From an uncultured Chloroflexia bacterium (GTDB lineage: Bacteria > Chloroflexota > Limnocylindria > Limnocylindrales > CSP1-4): 64,000 nucleotides of DNA. The notes beneath the pieces were generated by a model. It did not search any database. It was not told the DNA's origin and saw only the letters and a program-made list of their open reading frames with translations. A program made the translations under genes and the position numbers. The DNA lies in NCBI GenBank assembly GCA_963766735.1, contig CAVYBU010000002.1:224001-288000 (forward strand). The letters are read 5' to 3'. Positions 52,086 to 61,682 of the stretch are shown piece by piece (positions within the stretch are counted from its first letter, which is position 1; the number at the start of each line of letters is the position of its first letter).

Positions 52086-53573
52086 ATGACCGATTTCGCG
52101 TTCTCGCCAGAGGCTGCCCGGCCCGGTACTGCGCCGGCCGACGCTGCCCCGCCCGACGCTGCCTCGCCCGACGCGGCCCCGCCCCGCACGGCCCCGATCG
52201 ACGCGGCCGTCGAGGCCGCGCTGCAGGCATCGCAGGACGCCCGCGCGGAGTCCCTGCTGGAGTTCGCGCGCATCCCCAGCATCTCGTCGCTGCCGGAGCA
52301 TGCCGCGTCCATGGTGACCGCGGCGGAGTGGGTCGCTGACCGGTTGCGTGGCGTCGGTGCCACCGATGTCGAGGTCGCTCCAACCGCGCTCCACCCCATC
52401 GTGTACGCACGGATCCATGAGGCCCCGGGCGCACCCGTGGTGCTGGTCTACTGCCACTACGACGTCCAGCCGGTCGACCCGATCGAGCTCTGGGAGACCG
52501 CGCCGTTCGACCCGTTCCTCCGGGATGGACGGTTCGTGGGGCGAGGGGTCGCGGACGACAAGGGCCAGCTGGTGATGCACCTCTCGGCTCTCGAGGCGCT
52601 GCGAACGGCTGGGCGGGCGCCCGCGGTGAACCTCACGTTCGTGTTCGAGGGCGAAGAGGAGTTCGGCTCGGAAAGCCTGTACGCGTGGATCGAGGCCAAC
52701 CGCGATCGCCTGGCCGCGGACGTCGCGGTCATCAGCGACACGGGCTACTTCGAGGGCAACGTGCCTGCGATCACGGTCGGACTGCGCGGCAACATGTATG
52801 CGCAGATCGACGTGGAGCTGTCGCCCGTGGACCTCCACTCGGGCAGCTACGGAGGGACGGTGGAGAACCCGGCCAACGCCCTCGCCCGGATCATCACCTC
52901 GCTCAAGGGACCGGACGGCCGGATACGCATCCCCGGGTTCTATGACGATGTCGTGAGCCCGACCCCGGCCGAGCGCGAGGCGATGGCGGCGCTGCCGTTC
53001 GACGACGAGGCCTACCGGGCCGGAATCCCTGTGCCGGCGCTGGTGGGGGAGGCAGGCTGGACGACCCTGGAGCGCCGTGGGATGCGTCCGACGCTGGACG
53101 TGCACGGCATGTGGAGCGGCTTCCAGGGCGAGGGCGCCAAGACGATCATCCCGGCGCACGCCCATGCCAAGGTCTCCACGCGGCTGGTTGCGAACCAGGA
53201 TCCAGACAAGGTGTTCGCCGCCCTCCGCGACTACGTGGCCGAGGTGTCGCCGCCCGGGGTGCGGGTCACCACGACCTTCATCTACGGCGGCGAGCCCAGC
53301 CGCACGCCCCTCGACCATCCGGCCACGCAGGCCGCCGCGCGATCCCTTCGTGCGGTGCACGGCGTGGATCCCGTCTACATCCGCGAGGGTGGCTCCATTC
53401 CGGTGACGGCGGCGTTCGACCACCGGCTGGGGCTGCCCGTGGTGCTCCTCGGGTTCACGCAGCCGTCGGACAACGCGCATGCACCCAACGAGTGGTTCTC
53501 CCTCGAGAACTTCGAGCTGGGCACGCGGGTCATCGTCAGGTTCTGGGACGAGCTCGCCGGGCTGCCCCGGTAG
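52086..53573 (+). CDS. M20 family dipeptidase
   Basis: YCHYDVQP, GRGVADDKG, EGEEE, DLHSG, HAPNE; N-terminal DAAPP repeats. Confidence 0.93.
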   Translation: MTDFAFSPEAARPGTAPADAAPPDAASPDAAPPRTAPIDAAVEAALQASQDARAESLLEFARIPSISSLPEHAASMVTAAEWVADRLRGVGATDVEVAPTALHPIVYARIHEAPGAPVVLVYCHYDVQPVDPIELWETAPFDPFLRDGRFVGRGVADDKGQLVMHLSALEALRTAGRAPAVNLTFVFEGEEEFGSESLYAWIEANRDRLAADVAVISDTGYFEGNVPAITVGLRGNMYAQIDVELSPVDLHSGSYGGTVENPANALARIITSLKGPDGRIRIPGFYDDVVSPTPAEREAMAALPFDDEAYRAGIPVPALVGEAGWTTLERRGMRPTLDVHGMWSGFQGEGAKTIIPAHAHAKVSTRLVANQDPDKVFAALRDYVAEVSPPGVRVTTTFIYGGEPSRTPLDHPATQAAARSLRAVHGVDPVYIREGGSIPVTAAFDHRLGLPVVLLGFTQPSDNAHAPNEWFSLENFELGTRVIVRFWDELAGLPR

Positions 53574-53739
53574 CTGCCACGGCCCATGAAACCCTGGTCC
53601 GGCCATCGCGCGAGGGCCGGCCGCCGCGGCCGGACCGGTACCTTCGGCTGGACGACAGGGGTCGGGCGGGTGGCTGCCCCGCTGTGGGCCGGTGCTAGGA
53701 TGCGCGGCAGAGCAACTGCTCGCGGGAGGAACACTGCGC

Positions 53740-54810
53740 GTGACGACGGAACCGGAGACAACGCCGAGGACGACCTGGCGGCTTGACGGCCCGAACGGGA
53801 GCATGGCGCCCCGGTCGGCCATCGAGGTGCTCGTCGACCTGAACGACAAGGTGACCGGTGGGCGGGTCGGTGAGTACCAGCCTGTGCCGCTCGGGTTCAC
53901 CCCGCTCGACAAGACGATCGGTGGCGGGATGCGCGCCGGCGAGCTCCTGCTGATCGGCGGGGCGCAGGGCACGGGCAAGACAACCATGGCGCTCCAGATG
54001 GCGCGCAACGTGGCGTCCGGCGGCCAGGCGAACGTGCTCTACGTCTGCTTCGAGCACGATGAGCTGTACCTGCTCAACCGCCTGATCGCGGCCGAGTCGG
54101 CCCTCGCCCATCTCCCGCACAAGACCGGCGCGATCAAGATCCAGGATGTCCGCAAGGAGATCCTGGGGACCTGGATGGCCGAGGGTGGCGGGGCTGCCCA
54201 GCTCGCCGCCAACCCGCGCCTCCGTCCCTCGTTGGACCGGATCGCACGGTACGGGCAGAACCTGTTCCTGCTGCGCGGCTCGCAGACGGCCAGCACCATC
54301 GAGGGCCTGCGTGAGCTGGTCCGCCAGCACCGCGAGCTGTCGGGCGACCGCCGGCTGGTCGTCATGGTGGACTACCTGCAGAAGGTGCCGGTGATCCCCG
54401 AGCCCCCCAACGAGACCGAGAAGGTGACGTACGTCGTCAACGGCCTCAAGGACATCGCCCTGTCCGAGGACGTGCCGATGGTCGCCATCGTCGCGGCCGA
54501 CAAGGAGGGACTCAAGGCGTCCCGGCTGCGCAACTACCACCTGCGCGGGTCGTCGGCCATCAACTACGAGGCCGACATCATCGTCATCCTCAACGAGAAG
54601 TACCAGATCGTGGCCAAGGTCAACATCGAGTTCAACCCGTACCAGGCGCAGCGCTTCCGGGATTGGGTGATCGTCTCGGTGGAGAAGAACCGCGGCGGCC
54701 AGGACCAGGTTGACCTGGAGTACGAGAAGCACTTCGAGTTCTCCTGCTTCGACCCGAACGGGCGGACGGTGCAGGAGAAGCTGATCGAGGAACGCCTCTA
54801 CAACGACTAG
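53740..54810 (+). CDS. DnaB-like (SF4/RecA-fold) ATPase, C-terminal domain only
   Basis: GFTPLD, GAQGTGKTT, VDYLQ, LRGSSAINYEADIIVIL, EKNRGG; GGGAGGA RBS before GTG. Confidence 0.88.
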   Translation: MTTEPETTPRTTWRLDGPNGSMAPRSAIEVLVDLNDKVTGGRVGEYQPVPLGFTPLDKTIGGGMRAGELLLIGGAQGTGKTTMALQMARNVASGGQANVLYVCFEHDELYLLNRLIAAESALAHLPHKTGAIKIQDVRKEILGTWMAEGGGAAQLAANPRLRPSLDRIARYGQNLFLLRGSQTASTIEGLRELVRQHRELSGDRRLVVMVDYLQKVPVIPEPPNETEKVTYVVNGLKDIALSEDVPMVAIVAADKEGLKASRLRNYHLRGSSAINYEADIIVILNEKYQIVAKVNIEFNPYQAQRFRDWVIVSVEKNRGGQDQVDLEYEKHFEFSCFDPNGRTVQEKLIEERLYND

Positions 54811-54908
54811 GGGCGGGCGGCTGACCTTGCGCCTCCGCGGCGTTGTCGGCTGCGGCCCCGGCGACCCTCGCCGGCGTACCCGGCTCGCCGCGCTGTAGAG
54901 TGGCGCCC

Positions 54909-55427
54909 ATGGACAGCGAGTACGCAGATGCCTTTCCCGGCGTGGTCGAGATCGTGGTGGAGATCCAGCGAGGCACACGCAACAAGTACGAGTTCGACGA
55001 GACGGCCGGCGTCTACCGCCTGGATCGCGTCCTGTCGTCAGCGGTCTTCTACAACTTCGACTACGGGTTCATCGAGGGCACGCGCGCGGACGACGGCGAC
55101 CATACGGACGCGCTGCTGATCATCGACGAGCCCACCTTCACCGGCTGCCACGTCTGGGCCCGGCCGATCGGCGGCCTGGAGATGCGCGACGAGAAGGGCT
55201 TCGACTTCAAGACCCTGTGTGTCGCGATCGGCGATCCCCACCAGCAGCACATCGAGCGCCTCGAGCAGATGCGCCCCCACCGGCTCGTGGAGATCGAACA
55301 CTTCTTCAACACCTACAAGCTTCTCGAGGAGAAGGACGTCGACGTCCTTGGCTGGCGCAACCGGGACCGCGCGCTCGAGGTGCTGACTGCCGACCGCCTC
55401 CGCTTCCAGAACGAGCACGGTGGCTGA
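54909..55427 (+). CDS. ppa: Inorganic pyrophosphatase (family I)
   Basis: EIQRGTRNKYE, LDR, YGF, DGDHTD, EIEHFFNTYK. Confidence 0.94.
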   Translation: MDSEYADAFPGVVEIVVEIQRGTRNKYEFDETAGVYRLDRVLSSAVFYNFDYGFIEGTRADDGDHTDALLIIDEPTFTGCHVWARPIGGLEMRDEKGFDFKTLCVAIGDPHQQHIERLEQMRPHRLVEIEHFFNTYKLLEEKDVDVLGWRNRDRALEVLTADRLRFQNEHGG

Positions 55428-56007
55428 GGGCCTCGACCGGCTGTTCGTCGGGGTCCCCGTTCCAGCCGAGGCGATGGCTGCCTGCGCGGAGCTGTTGGCG
55501 CCCGTGCAGGCCCAGCACGGTGGTCGCGGCGTGCGCTGGGTGCGCACGGAGAACCTCCACCTGACCCTGCGCTTCCTGGGCCTCCTGCCGCCGTCCCGGA
55601 GCGACGGCCTGGGGGAGGCGGTCGATTCGGCGGCGATCGGGATTGCGCCGTTCGAGGTCGTCCTGGCCGGGGCGGGGGCGTTTCCGGGCGACCGACGCCC
55701 TCGCGCGATCTGGCTGGGCATCGAGCGCGGCGCGGACGAGCTCGGCACGATCTCGCGGGCCCTGGATGTCGCCCTGGTCCTGACCGGCATGCCCTCCGAC
55801 GACCGGCCATTCCGCCCGCATCTCACCGTCGCCCGGACCGACGCCGCGGGGACCTCGGGTTCGCTCGCCGTGGCCGCGGCGCTGCGGGAGGCGGCCGATG
55901 GCTGGCGGGTGGGGTTCACGGTGGACCGGGTCGTGCTCTACCGGAGCCACCTTGGCGGCGGCCCGCCGCGCTACGAGCCGATCCACGAGGCGCTTCTTTC
56001 GGGCTGA
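55420..56007 (+). CDS. thpR: RNA 2',3'-cyclic phosphodiesterase (2H family)
   Basis: Two HxT motifs (LHLTLRFLG, PHLTVAR). Confidence 0.92.
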   Translation: MAEGLDRLFVGVPVPAEAMAACAELLAPVQAQHGGRGVRWVRTENLHLTLRFLGLLPPSRSDGLGEAVDSAAIGIAPFEVVLAGAGAFPGDRRPRAIWLGIERGADELGTISRALDVALVLTGMPSDDRPFRPHLTVARTDAAGTSGSLAVAAALREAADGWRVGFTVDRVVLYRSHLGGGPPRYEPIHEALLSG

Positions 56008-56088
56008 GCGGCCCGGCCAGTTGCCGGGGCGGAGCCGGACGCGATAGGCTCGCCTGACCCCACCGCCCCGTACGGAGGTCGCTCGACG

Positions 56089-57462
56089 ATGACCAGCGCC
56101 AAACCCCACCGGACCAAGTTCCTCCTGGACGAGGATCGGACCCCGCGGGCCTGGTACAACATCGCCGCCGACCTCCGGACCCCTCCTCCGCCGCCGCTGC
56201 ACCCGGGTACCGGCCAGCCGATCGGGCCGGCGGACCTCGCGCCGCTGTTCCCGATGGCGCTGATCCTCCAGGAGGTCAGCACCGAGCGCGAGATCGAGAT
56301 CCCGGATCCCGTGCGCGAGGCATACCAGCTCTACCGGCCGTCGCCGCTGCATCGTGCCTACGGCCTGGAGCGGGCCCTCGATACGCCTGCCCACATCTAC
56401 TACAAGTACGAGGGCGTGAGCCCGGCCGGCAGCCACAAGCCGAACACGGCGCTGGCTCAGGCGTTCTTCAACAAGCAGGAGGGCGTCAAGCGCCTCGCCA
56501 CCGAGACCGGCGCCGGGCAGTGGGGCAGCGCGCTCGCATTCGCAGGCGCCGTCTTCGGCCTCGACGTGAAGGTCTACATGGTCCGGGCGAGCTACGACCA
56601 GAAGCCGTACCGGAGGATCCTGATGGAGACCTACGGTGCGGAGGTGGTCGCCAGCCCCAGTGGGTCGACCAACTACGGACGCTCGGTCCTGGCCGCGACG
56701 CCCGACTCCGACGGCTCGCTGGGCATGGCCATCAGCGAGGCAGTCGAGGACGCGGCGACCCGCGATGACACCAAGTACGCTCTCGGCTCGGTGCTCAACC
56801 ACGTGATGCTCCACCAGACGGTCATCGGCCTCGAGGCGCAGGAGCAGATGGCGATGGCCGGCGAGGAGCCCGACGTCATCATCGCGTGCGCGGGCGGTGG
56901 CTCGAACTTCGCGGGCCTGACGTTCCCGTACGTCGGGCGCATGCTCCGCGGCGAGGGGTCCTACCGTGTGATCGCGGTCGAGCCGGAGGCCGCGCCCTCG
57001 CTGACCCGCGGCGTCTATGCGTACGACTTCGGCGACACCGGGAGAATGGCCCCGATCGTGAAGATGCATACGCTCGGATCGGGGTTCATGCCGGAGCCCA
57101 TCCACGCAGGCGGCCTGCGGTACCACGGGATGTCGCCCCTGGTGTCGCTGCTCAAGGAGGAAGGACTCATCGGGGCACGGAGCGTGCACCAGCGAGCCTG
57201 CTTCGAGGTGGGCGTCCAGTTCGCCCGGACGGAGGGCATCCTGCCGGCGCCCGAGAGCACGCACGCGATCCGCGTGGCCGTGGACGAGGCGCTGGAGGCG
57301 AAGGCGGCCGGCGAGGCACGGGTGATCCTGTTCAACCTGTCGGGGCACGGCCACTTCGACCTCACGTCGTACGAGCGCTACCTGAGCGGCGCGCTGGAGG
57401 ACTACGAGTACCCGGCGGCGCGGGTTGCAGAAGCGCTGGCGGGGCTGCCGACGGTGGGGTGA
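56089..57462 (+). CDS. trpB2: TrpB-like PLP enzyme (TrpB2)
   Basis: WYNI, GSHKPNTA, TETGAGQWG, GGGSNFAG, HAGGLRYHG, LSGHG. Confidence 0.95.
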   Translation: MTSAKPHRTKFLLDEDRTPRAWYNIAADLRTPPPPPLHPGTGQPIGPADLAPLFPMALILQEVSTEREIEIPDPVREAYQLYRPSPLHRAYGLERALDTPAHIYYKYEGVSPAGSHKPNTALAQAFFNKQEGVKRLATETGAGQWGSALAFAGAVFGLDVKVYMVRASYDQKPYRRILMETYGAEVVASPSGSTNYGRSVLAATPDSDGSLGMAISEAVEDAATRDDTKYALGSVLNHVMLHQTVIGLEAQEQMAMAGEEPDVIIACAGGGSNFAGLTFPYVGRMLRGEGSYRVIAVEPEAAPSLTRGVYAYDFGDTGRMAPIVKMHTLGSGFMPEPIHAGGLRYHGMSPLVSLLKEEGLIGARSVHQRACFEVGVQFARTEGILPAPESTHAIRVAVDEALEAKAAGEARVILFNLSGHGHFDLTSYERYLSGALEDYEYPAARVAEALAGLPTVG

Positions 57463-57492
57463 GGGACGCGCGAGGGGCGTAGGATAGCGGCC

Positions 57493-57759
57493 GTGCCGAA
57501 GCTCGCATGCCGCGCGTGCGGCCGCCAGATCTACACCGTCGCCCCGCTTGCATCCCTGTTCGCGGAGGAGCGTCGCTGTCCGCGCTGCGGTGCGGTCCTC
57601 GACGTGGAGCGGCGTGGCTTCGATCGCCGCCAGGGTCCTCGTCGACTGAACCCGCCCGACGATCCCGGCCCGCCCGTCGAGACGGGCGAGCGGCGCGTGG
57701 GCGACCGGCGAACCGGGCCGCGGCGCTTCGGCGAGGGAGGGAGCCTGGCTGGGCGCTGA
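57493..57759 (+). CDS. Zinc-ribbon microprotein with tandem Arg-rich ERRxxDRRxGPRR motifs
   Basis: CRAC-x19-CPRC, then ERRGFDRRQGPRR and ERRVGDRRTGPRR; TAGGAT 7 nt upstream. Confidence 0.78.
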   Translation: MPKLACRACGRQIYTVAPLASLFAEERRCPRCGAVLDVERRGFDRRQGPRRLNPPDDPGPPVETGERRVGDRRTGPRRFGEGGSLAGR

Positions 57760-57854
57760 GACCCCCATCGCGTTGAGGGTCCCGACTGGTGCGGGCGGTG
57801 CCGGCGCCGCAACTCGTGCGTCGGTATGCCGGTGAGCGGGCGATAATCGCTCCC

Positions 57855-58736
57855 ATGCACATCGCATTGCTCGGGTTCGGGCTCATCGGCGGCAGCATCG
57901 CGCGCGCGCTGGCCGAGGAACGGGACGCGGACCGCGATACGCGAGCCGGCCATCACGTGGTCGCCTGGACGCCCGGTGGCGATGGGCCTCGCCGGGCGCT
58001 GGCGGATGGCGTGATCGACGCGGTCGCCGCAGACCCCGGGACCGGGATCGCCGGGGCGGACCTGGTCGTGCTGGCCGCGCCGCCGCTGGCCTGCGCCGAG
58101 CTGATCCGGCGGCTGGGCGGCGACCTCCGCCCGTTCCTCCCGCCCGGGGCCACCGTGACAGACGTTGCGTCCACCAAGGGCTTCCTCATCCGGACCGCCC
58201 GCGAGGAGGGCGTCCCGTACGTCGGCGGGCATCCGATGGCCGGACGGGAGACCAGCGGCTATGGGTCCGCTGACGCGTCGCTGTTCCAGGGCCGGCCCTG
58301 GGTGATCACGGAACCGGTCGGGGGTGGCGATCCGCGCCCGGTCCGTGCCTTGGCCCTGGCCTGTGGCGCGCGCCCGGTCGAGATGGAGGCGGAACGGCAC
58401 GACCGCCTGGTGGCTGCGATCAGCCACCTGCCGCTCCTGACGTCCGTCGCGCTCGCGGAGGCCGTCGCCGGCACGCCCGGGGCCCCGGCGGAGGACTGGC
58501 CCGAGGCCGCCGCCCTCGCGGCATCCGGCTGGCGCGACACGACGCGCCTCGCCCGCGGTGACGTGACGATGGGGGCGGAGATCGCGGTCACCAACGCCGA
58601 GGCGCTGGCCGTCCGGCTCCGGGCATATCGGGACCGGCTGGACGAGTGGCTCGCCATCCTCGAGGACCCCGATGGCCCAGACCCCGACGTCATCCGCAAG
58701 CGTCTTGCCGCGGCACGCTCCCTGCTGGAGGACTGA
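57855..58736 (+). CDS. tyrA: Prephenate/arogenate dehydrogenase
   Basis: GFGLIGGS, DVASTK, GGHPMAG, HDRLVAAISHLP, RDTTRLA. Confidence 0.94.
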   Translation: MHIALLGFGLIGGSIARALAEERDADRDTRAGHHVVAWTPGGDGPRRALADGVIDAVAADPGTGIAGADLVVLAAPPLACAELIRRLGGDLRPFLPPGATVTDVASTKGFLIRTAREEGVPYVGGHPMAGRETSGYGSADASLFQGRPWVITEPVGGGDPRPVRALALACGARPVEMEAERHDRLVAAISHLPLLTSVALAEAVAGTPGAPAEDWPEAAALAASGWRDTTRLARGDVTMGAEIAVTNAEALAVRLRAYRDRLDEWLAILEDPDGPDPDVIRKRLAAARSLLED

Positions 58737-58738
58737 CG

Positions 58739-59317
58739 GTGGGTGATCCCGCCGAGCAGGTCCTGGTGGTGCCCCGCGATGCGATCGTGCCCGGTGCGGG
58801 GTGGCTGGGCGTGCGCCGCGACGGCATCGATGCGGCGCTGTCGGTCGTGACCCGCGAAGGGCGGTTCGTCCTGCGCTCCACGGCCGAGGATGATCCAGGG
58901 CTGAAGCAGGTGATCCCATACCTCGTGCTCCGGGACGGCGATCGCTGGTTCCTCATGCGCCGGACGAAGGCCGGGGGTGATGCCCGCCTCCACGACCGCT
59001 GGTCGATCGGCGTCGGCGGGCACCTGAACCCGGGCGACGGGGACGTCCCGGGCGGGCTCCGGCGTGAGTGGGCCGAGGAGCTGGTCGCCGACTTCGTGCC
59101 GGAATTCGCGCCCGTGGGGCTCCTCAACGACGACACCACGTCCGTGGGTGCGGTCCACATCGGTTTTGTGTACGTGGCAGATGCTGCGGGCCGGCCTGTC
59201 GCCATCCGCGAGACCGAGAAGCTGGTGGGCGCCTTTGCGACTTCGGGCGACGTGACGGCGGTCCGCGACGGCCTCGAGACCTGGAGCCGCCTGGTGTTCG
59301 ACGCGCTGATCGATTGA
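58739..59317 (+). CDS. NUDIX-fold phosphoesterase (YmaB-like)
   Basis: AEDDPGLKQVIPY, SIGVGGHLN, GLRREWAEE, VGAVHIG. Confidence 0.88.
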   Translation: MGDPAEQVLVVPRDAIVPGAGWLGVRRDGIDAALSVVTREGRFVLRSTAEDDPGLKQVIPYLVLRDGDRWFLMRRTKAGGDARLHDRWSIGVGGHLNPGDGDVPGGLRREWAEELVADFVPEFAPVGLLNDDTTSVGAVHIGFVYVADAAGRPVAIRETEKLVGAFATSGDVTAVRDGLETWSRLVFDALID

Positions 59318-59382
59318 CCAGCCGGTCGGGCGGCACGGCCCGGGACGCCCGACCCGTCCGGTGCCATACTCGGCGAGGTCCC

Positions 59383-60768
59383 ATGGCTCATTCAACGCGC
59401 GCCGTCCGTCACCGGGTCGCCCGCATCCTCGTGCTGCTGGGCGTGACGTTGCTGGGCGCCGCCGGCGTGGCGCAGGCCGCGGGCGGACAGGTGGTTGTCC
59501 TGACCGCGAACGGGGTCGTGGATGATGCCCTCGCGGGATATCTCGAGGAGGGCGTGAGTTCGGCGGCGGCGGACGGCTCCGAGGCGGTGGTCGTGCAGCT
59601 GGACACGCCCGGCGGCAGCCTTGACGCCACCAACCGGATCCGCAAGGCGTTCCTCGCTTCTACGGTCCCCGTCATCGTGTGGGTGGCGCCCTCGGGCGCC
59701 CGCGCCGCCAGCGCGGGGACGTTCATCACGCTGGCCGCCAACCTTGCCTACATGGCGCCCGGTACGAACATTGGCGCCGCGACGCCCGTCGGCAGCGGCG
59801 GCGAGGACATCGCGGGCACCATGGGCGAGAAGGTCCTCAACGACGCGATCGCGGCCATCTCCGCAACCGCCGAGGCTCGTGGGCGGCCCGTCGACTGGGC
59901 GGTCTCAACCGTTGCGGAAGCCCGCTCCTACACGGCGACCGAGGCCGTCGCGGCGGGTGCAGTCGACGGGATCGCGGAGACGCTGGACCAGGTGCTGGCC
60001 GCTGCCGATGGGCAGGAGGTGACCGTGGCCGGGGGCACGGCCGTCACCCTGGACCTTGCCGACACCACGGTCGTCGAGGCCCCGATGGGACCGCTGCTCG
60101 GCTTCCTGCACCTGCTGTCCGATCCGAACATCGCCTTCCTCCTGTTCCTCCTCGGGGTGCTGGGCCTCGCGACGGAGCTGGTCAGCCCGAACCTCGTCAC
60201 GGGGATCCTCGGCGCCTTCGCCCTGCTCCTCGCCTTCATCGGGTTCGGGAGCCTGCCGCTCAACGTGGCCGGGCTCCTGCTCCTGGCCTTCGGCTTCGTC
60301 CTGTTCGTCCTCGAGAGCCAGATCGTCAGCCACGGCCTCCTGGCGCTTGGCGGGATCGTCTGCCTGGCGCTCGGCGCGGCGGCGCTCTACACAACCCCGA
60401 TGACGCCCACAGCCCCGCTGGTGGCCGTTGCGCCTCCCGTGATCCTGGTCGCGACGGTGACCATCGGTGGCCTGATGGGGCTGATCATCGTGGCCGCCGT
60501 CCGGACGCGCCGGATGCGGGCGACGACCGGGACCCTCGGTGCGGCGGTTCCGGTGGGCACCGAGGGGATCGTCCAGGCGCCGCTGGCGCCGAGCGGCACC
60601 GTCCACCTGGCCGGCGAGACATGGAGCGCCCGCGCAACGGACGAGGCGCATCTGCCTCGCGAAACCCCCGTTCGGCTGGTTGCGTTCGACGGCTTGACGG
60701 CTATGGTGGAGCCCATCGACAACGTATCCGACCAGACATCGCCGTCCGCGAACGCGGAGCGGCCCTAG
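59383..60768 (+). CDS. nfeD: NfeD (long form) membrane-bound serine protease
   Basis: LDTPGG, AASAG, TNIGAATP, TM bundle, C-terminal OB fold with GETWSA. Confidence 0.93.
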   Translation: MAHSTRAVRHRVARILVLLGVTLLGAAGVAQAAGGQVVVLTANGVVDDALAGYLEEGVSSAAADGSEAVVVQLDTPGGSLDATNRIRKAFLASTVPVIVWVAPSGARAASAGTFITLAANLAYMAPGTNIGAATPVGSGGEDIAGTMGEKVLNDAIAAISATAEARGRPVDWAVSTVAEARSYTATEAVAAGAVDGIAETLDQVLAAADGQEVTVAGGTAVTLDLADTTVVEAPMGPLLGFLHLLSDPNIAFLLFLLGVLGLATELVSPNLVTGILGAFALLLAFIGFGSLPLNVAGLLLLAFGFVLFVLESQIVSHGLLALGGIVCLALGAAALYTTPMTPTAPLVAVAPPVILVATVTIGGLMGLIIVAAVRTRRMRATTGTLGAAVPVGTEGIVQAPLAPSGTVHLAGETWSARATDEAHLPRETPVRLVAFDGLTAMVEPIDNVSDQTSPSANAERP

Positions 60769-60782
60769 CCCCGGAGGCCGGC

Positions 60783-61682
60783 ATGGAGCTCATCATCGTC
60801 CTCGCGACCCTGGCGTTCATCGCCGTGGTGGTGCTTACGATCCTGTACCTGTCGGTCCGGGTCGTGCAGCAGTTCGAGCGGATGGTGGTCTTCCGCCTGG
60901 GCAAGACGAACGAGTCGATGGTTCGGGACCCGGGCCTCAGGTTCCTTGTCCCGGTCGTGGACCGGCCGGTGAAGGTGGACATGCGCGAGCAGTTCATCGA
61001 GGTCCCGAGCCAGACGACGATCACCAAGGACAACGCACCGATCAACGTCGACTTCCTGATCTACTGGCGGATCGCGGACGCGCTCAAGAGCGTCGTCAAC
61101 GTCGCCAACTTCCCGGGCGCGCTCCAGGGCGTCGCGACCACCACCCTCCGCGCGGTCATCGGCGACATCCTGCTCGACGACGTCCTGTCCAAGCGCGAGC
61201 AGATCAACGAGGTCCTTCGGATCAAGCTGGACGAGATCACCGAGCGCTGGGGCGGCAAGATCACGACCGTGGAGATCCGCGAGATCACGCCGCCCCGCGA
61301 CGTGCAGGACGCGATGAACCGCCAGCTGTCCGCCGAGCGGACACGGCGCGCCGTGATCACCGAGTCCGAAGGTTCCCGGCAGTCGGCGATCAACGTCGCC
61401 GAGGGCCAGAAGCAGGCCGAGATCCTCAAGGCCGAGGGCGAGCGCCAGGCGGCCATCCTTCGGGCCGAGGGCTTCAGCATGGCCCTGGAGCGGATCTACG
61501 CGGCCGCGAGGGGCATCGACGACAAGACGATGTCGCTGCAGTATCTCGAGGCGCTCAAGGCGCTGGGCGCCAGTCCGTCCACGAAGTTCGTCATTCCGAC
61601 CGAGTTCACGCGTCTCGCCGAGCGGATCGGCAGCTACGTGGGGCAGGGAATGGGCGCCGGGGGTGGGGCTGCGGATCGGTGA
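60783..61682 (+). CDS. SPFH/stomatin family protein
   Basis: VVFRLG, ITKDN, TTLRAVIG, AERTRRA; follows nfeD. Confidence 0.95.
   Translation: MELIIVLATLAFIAVVVLTILYLSVRVVQQFERMVVFRLGKTNESMVRDPGLRFLVPVVDRPVKVDMREQFIEVPSQTTITKDNAPINVDFLIYWRIADALKSVVNVANFPGALQGVATTTLRAVIGDILLDDVLSKREQINEVLRIKLDEITERWGGKITTVEIREITPPRDVQDAMNRQLSAERTRRAVITESEGSRQSAINVAEGQKQAEILKAEGERQAAILRAEGFSMALERIYAAARGIDDKTMSLQYLEALKALGASPSTKFVIPTEFTRLAERIGSYVGQGMGAGGGAADR

Noticed and set aside
59383-61682. nfeD-stomatin pair as a novel system
   Set aside because: Well-described conserved operon.
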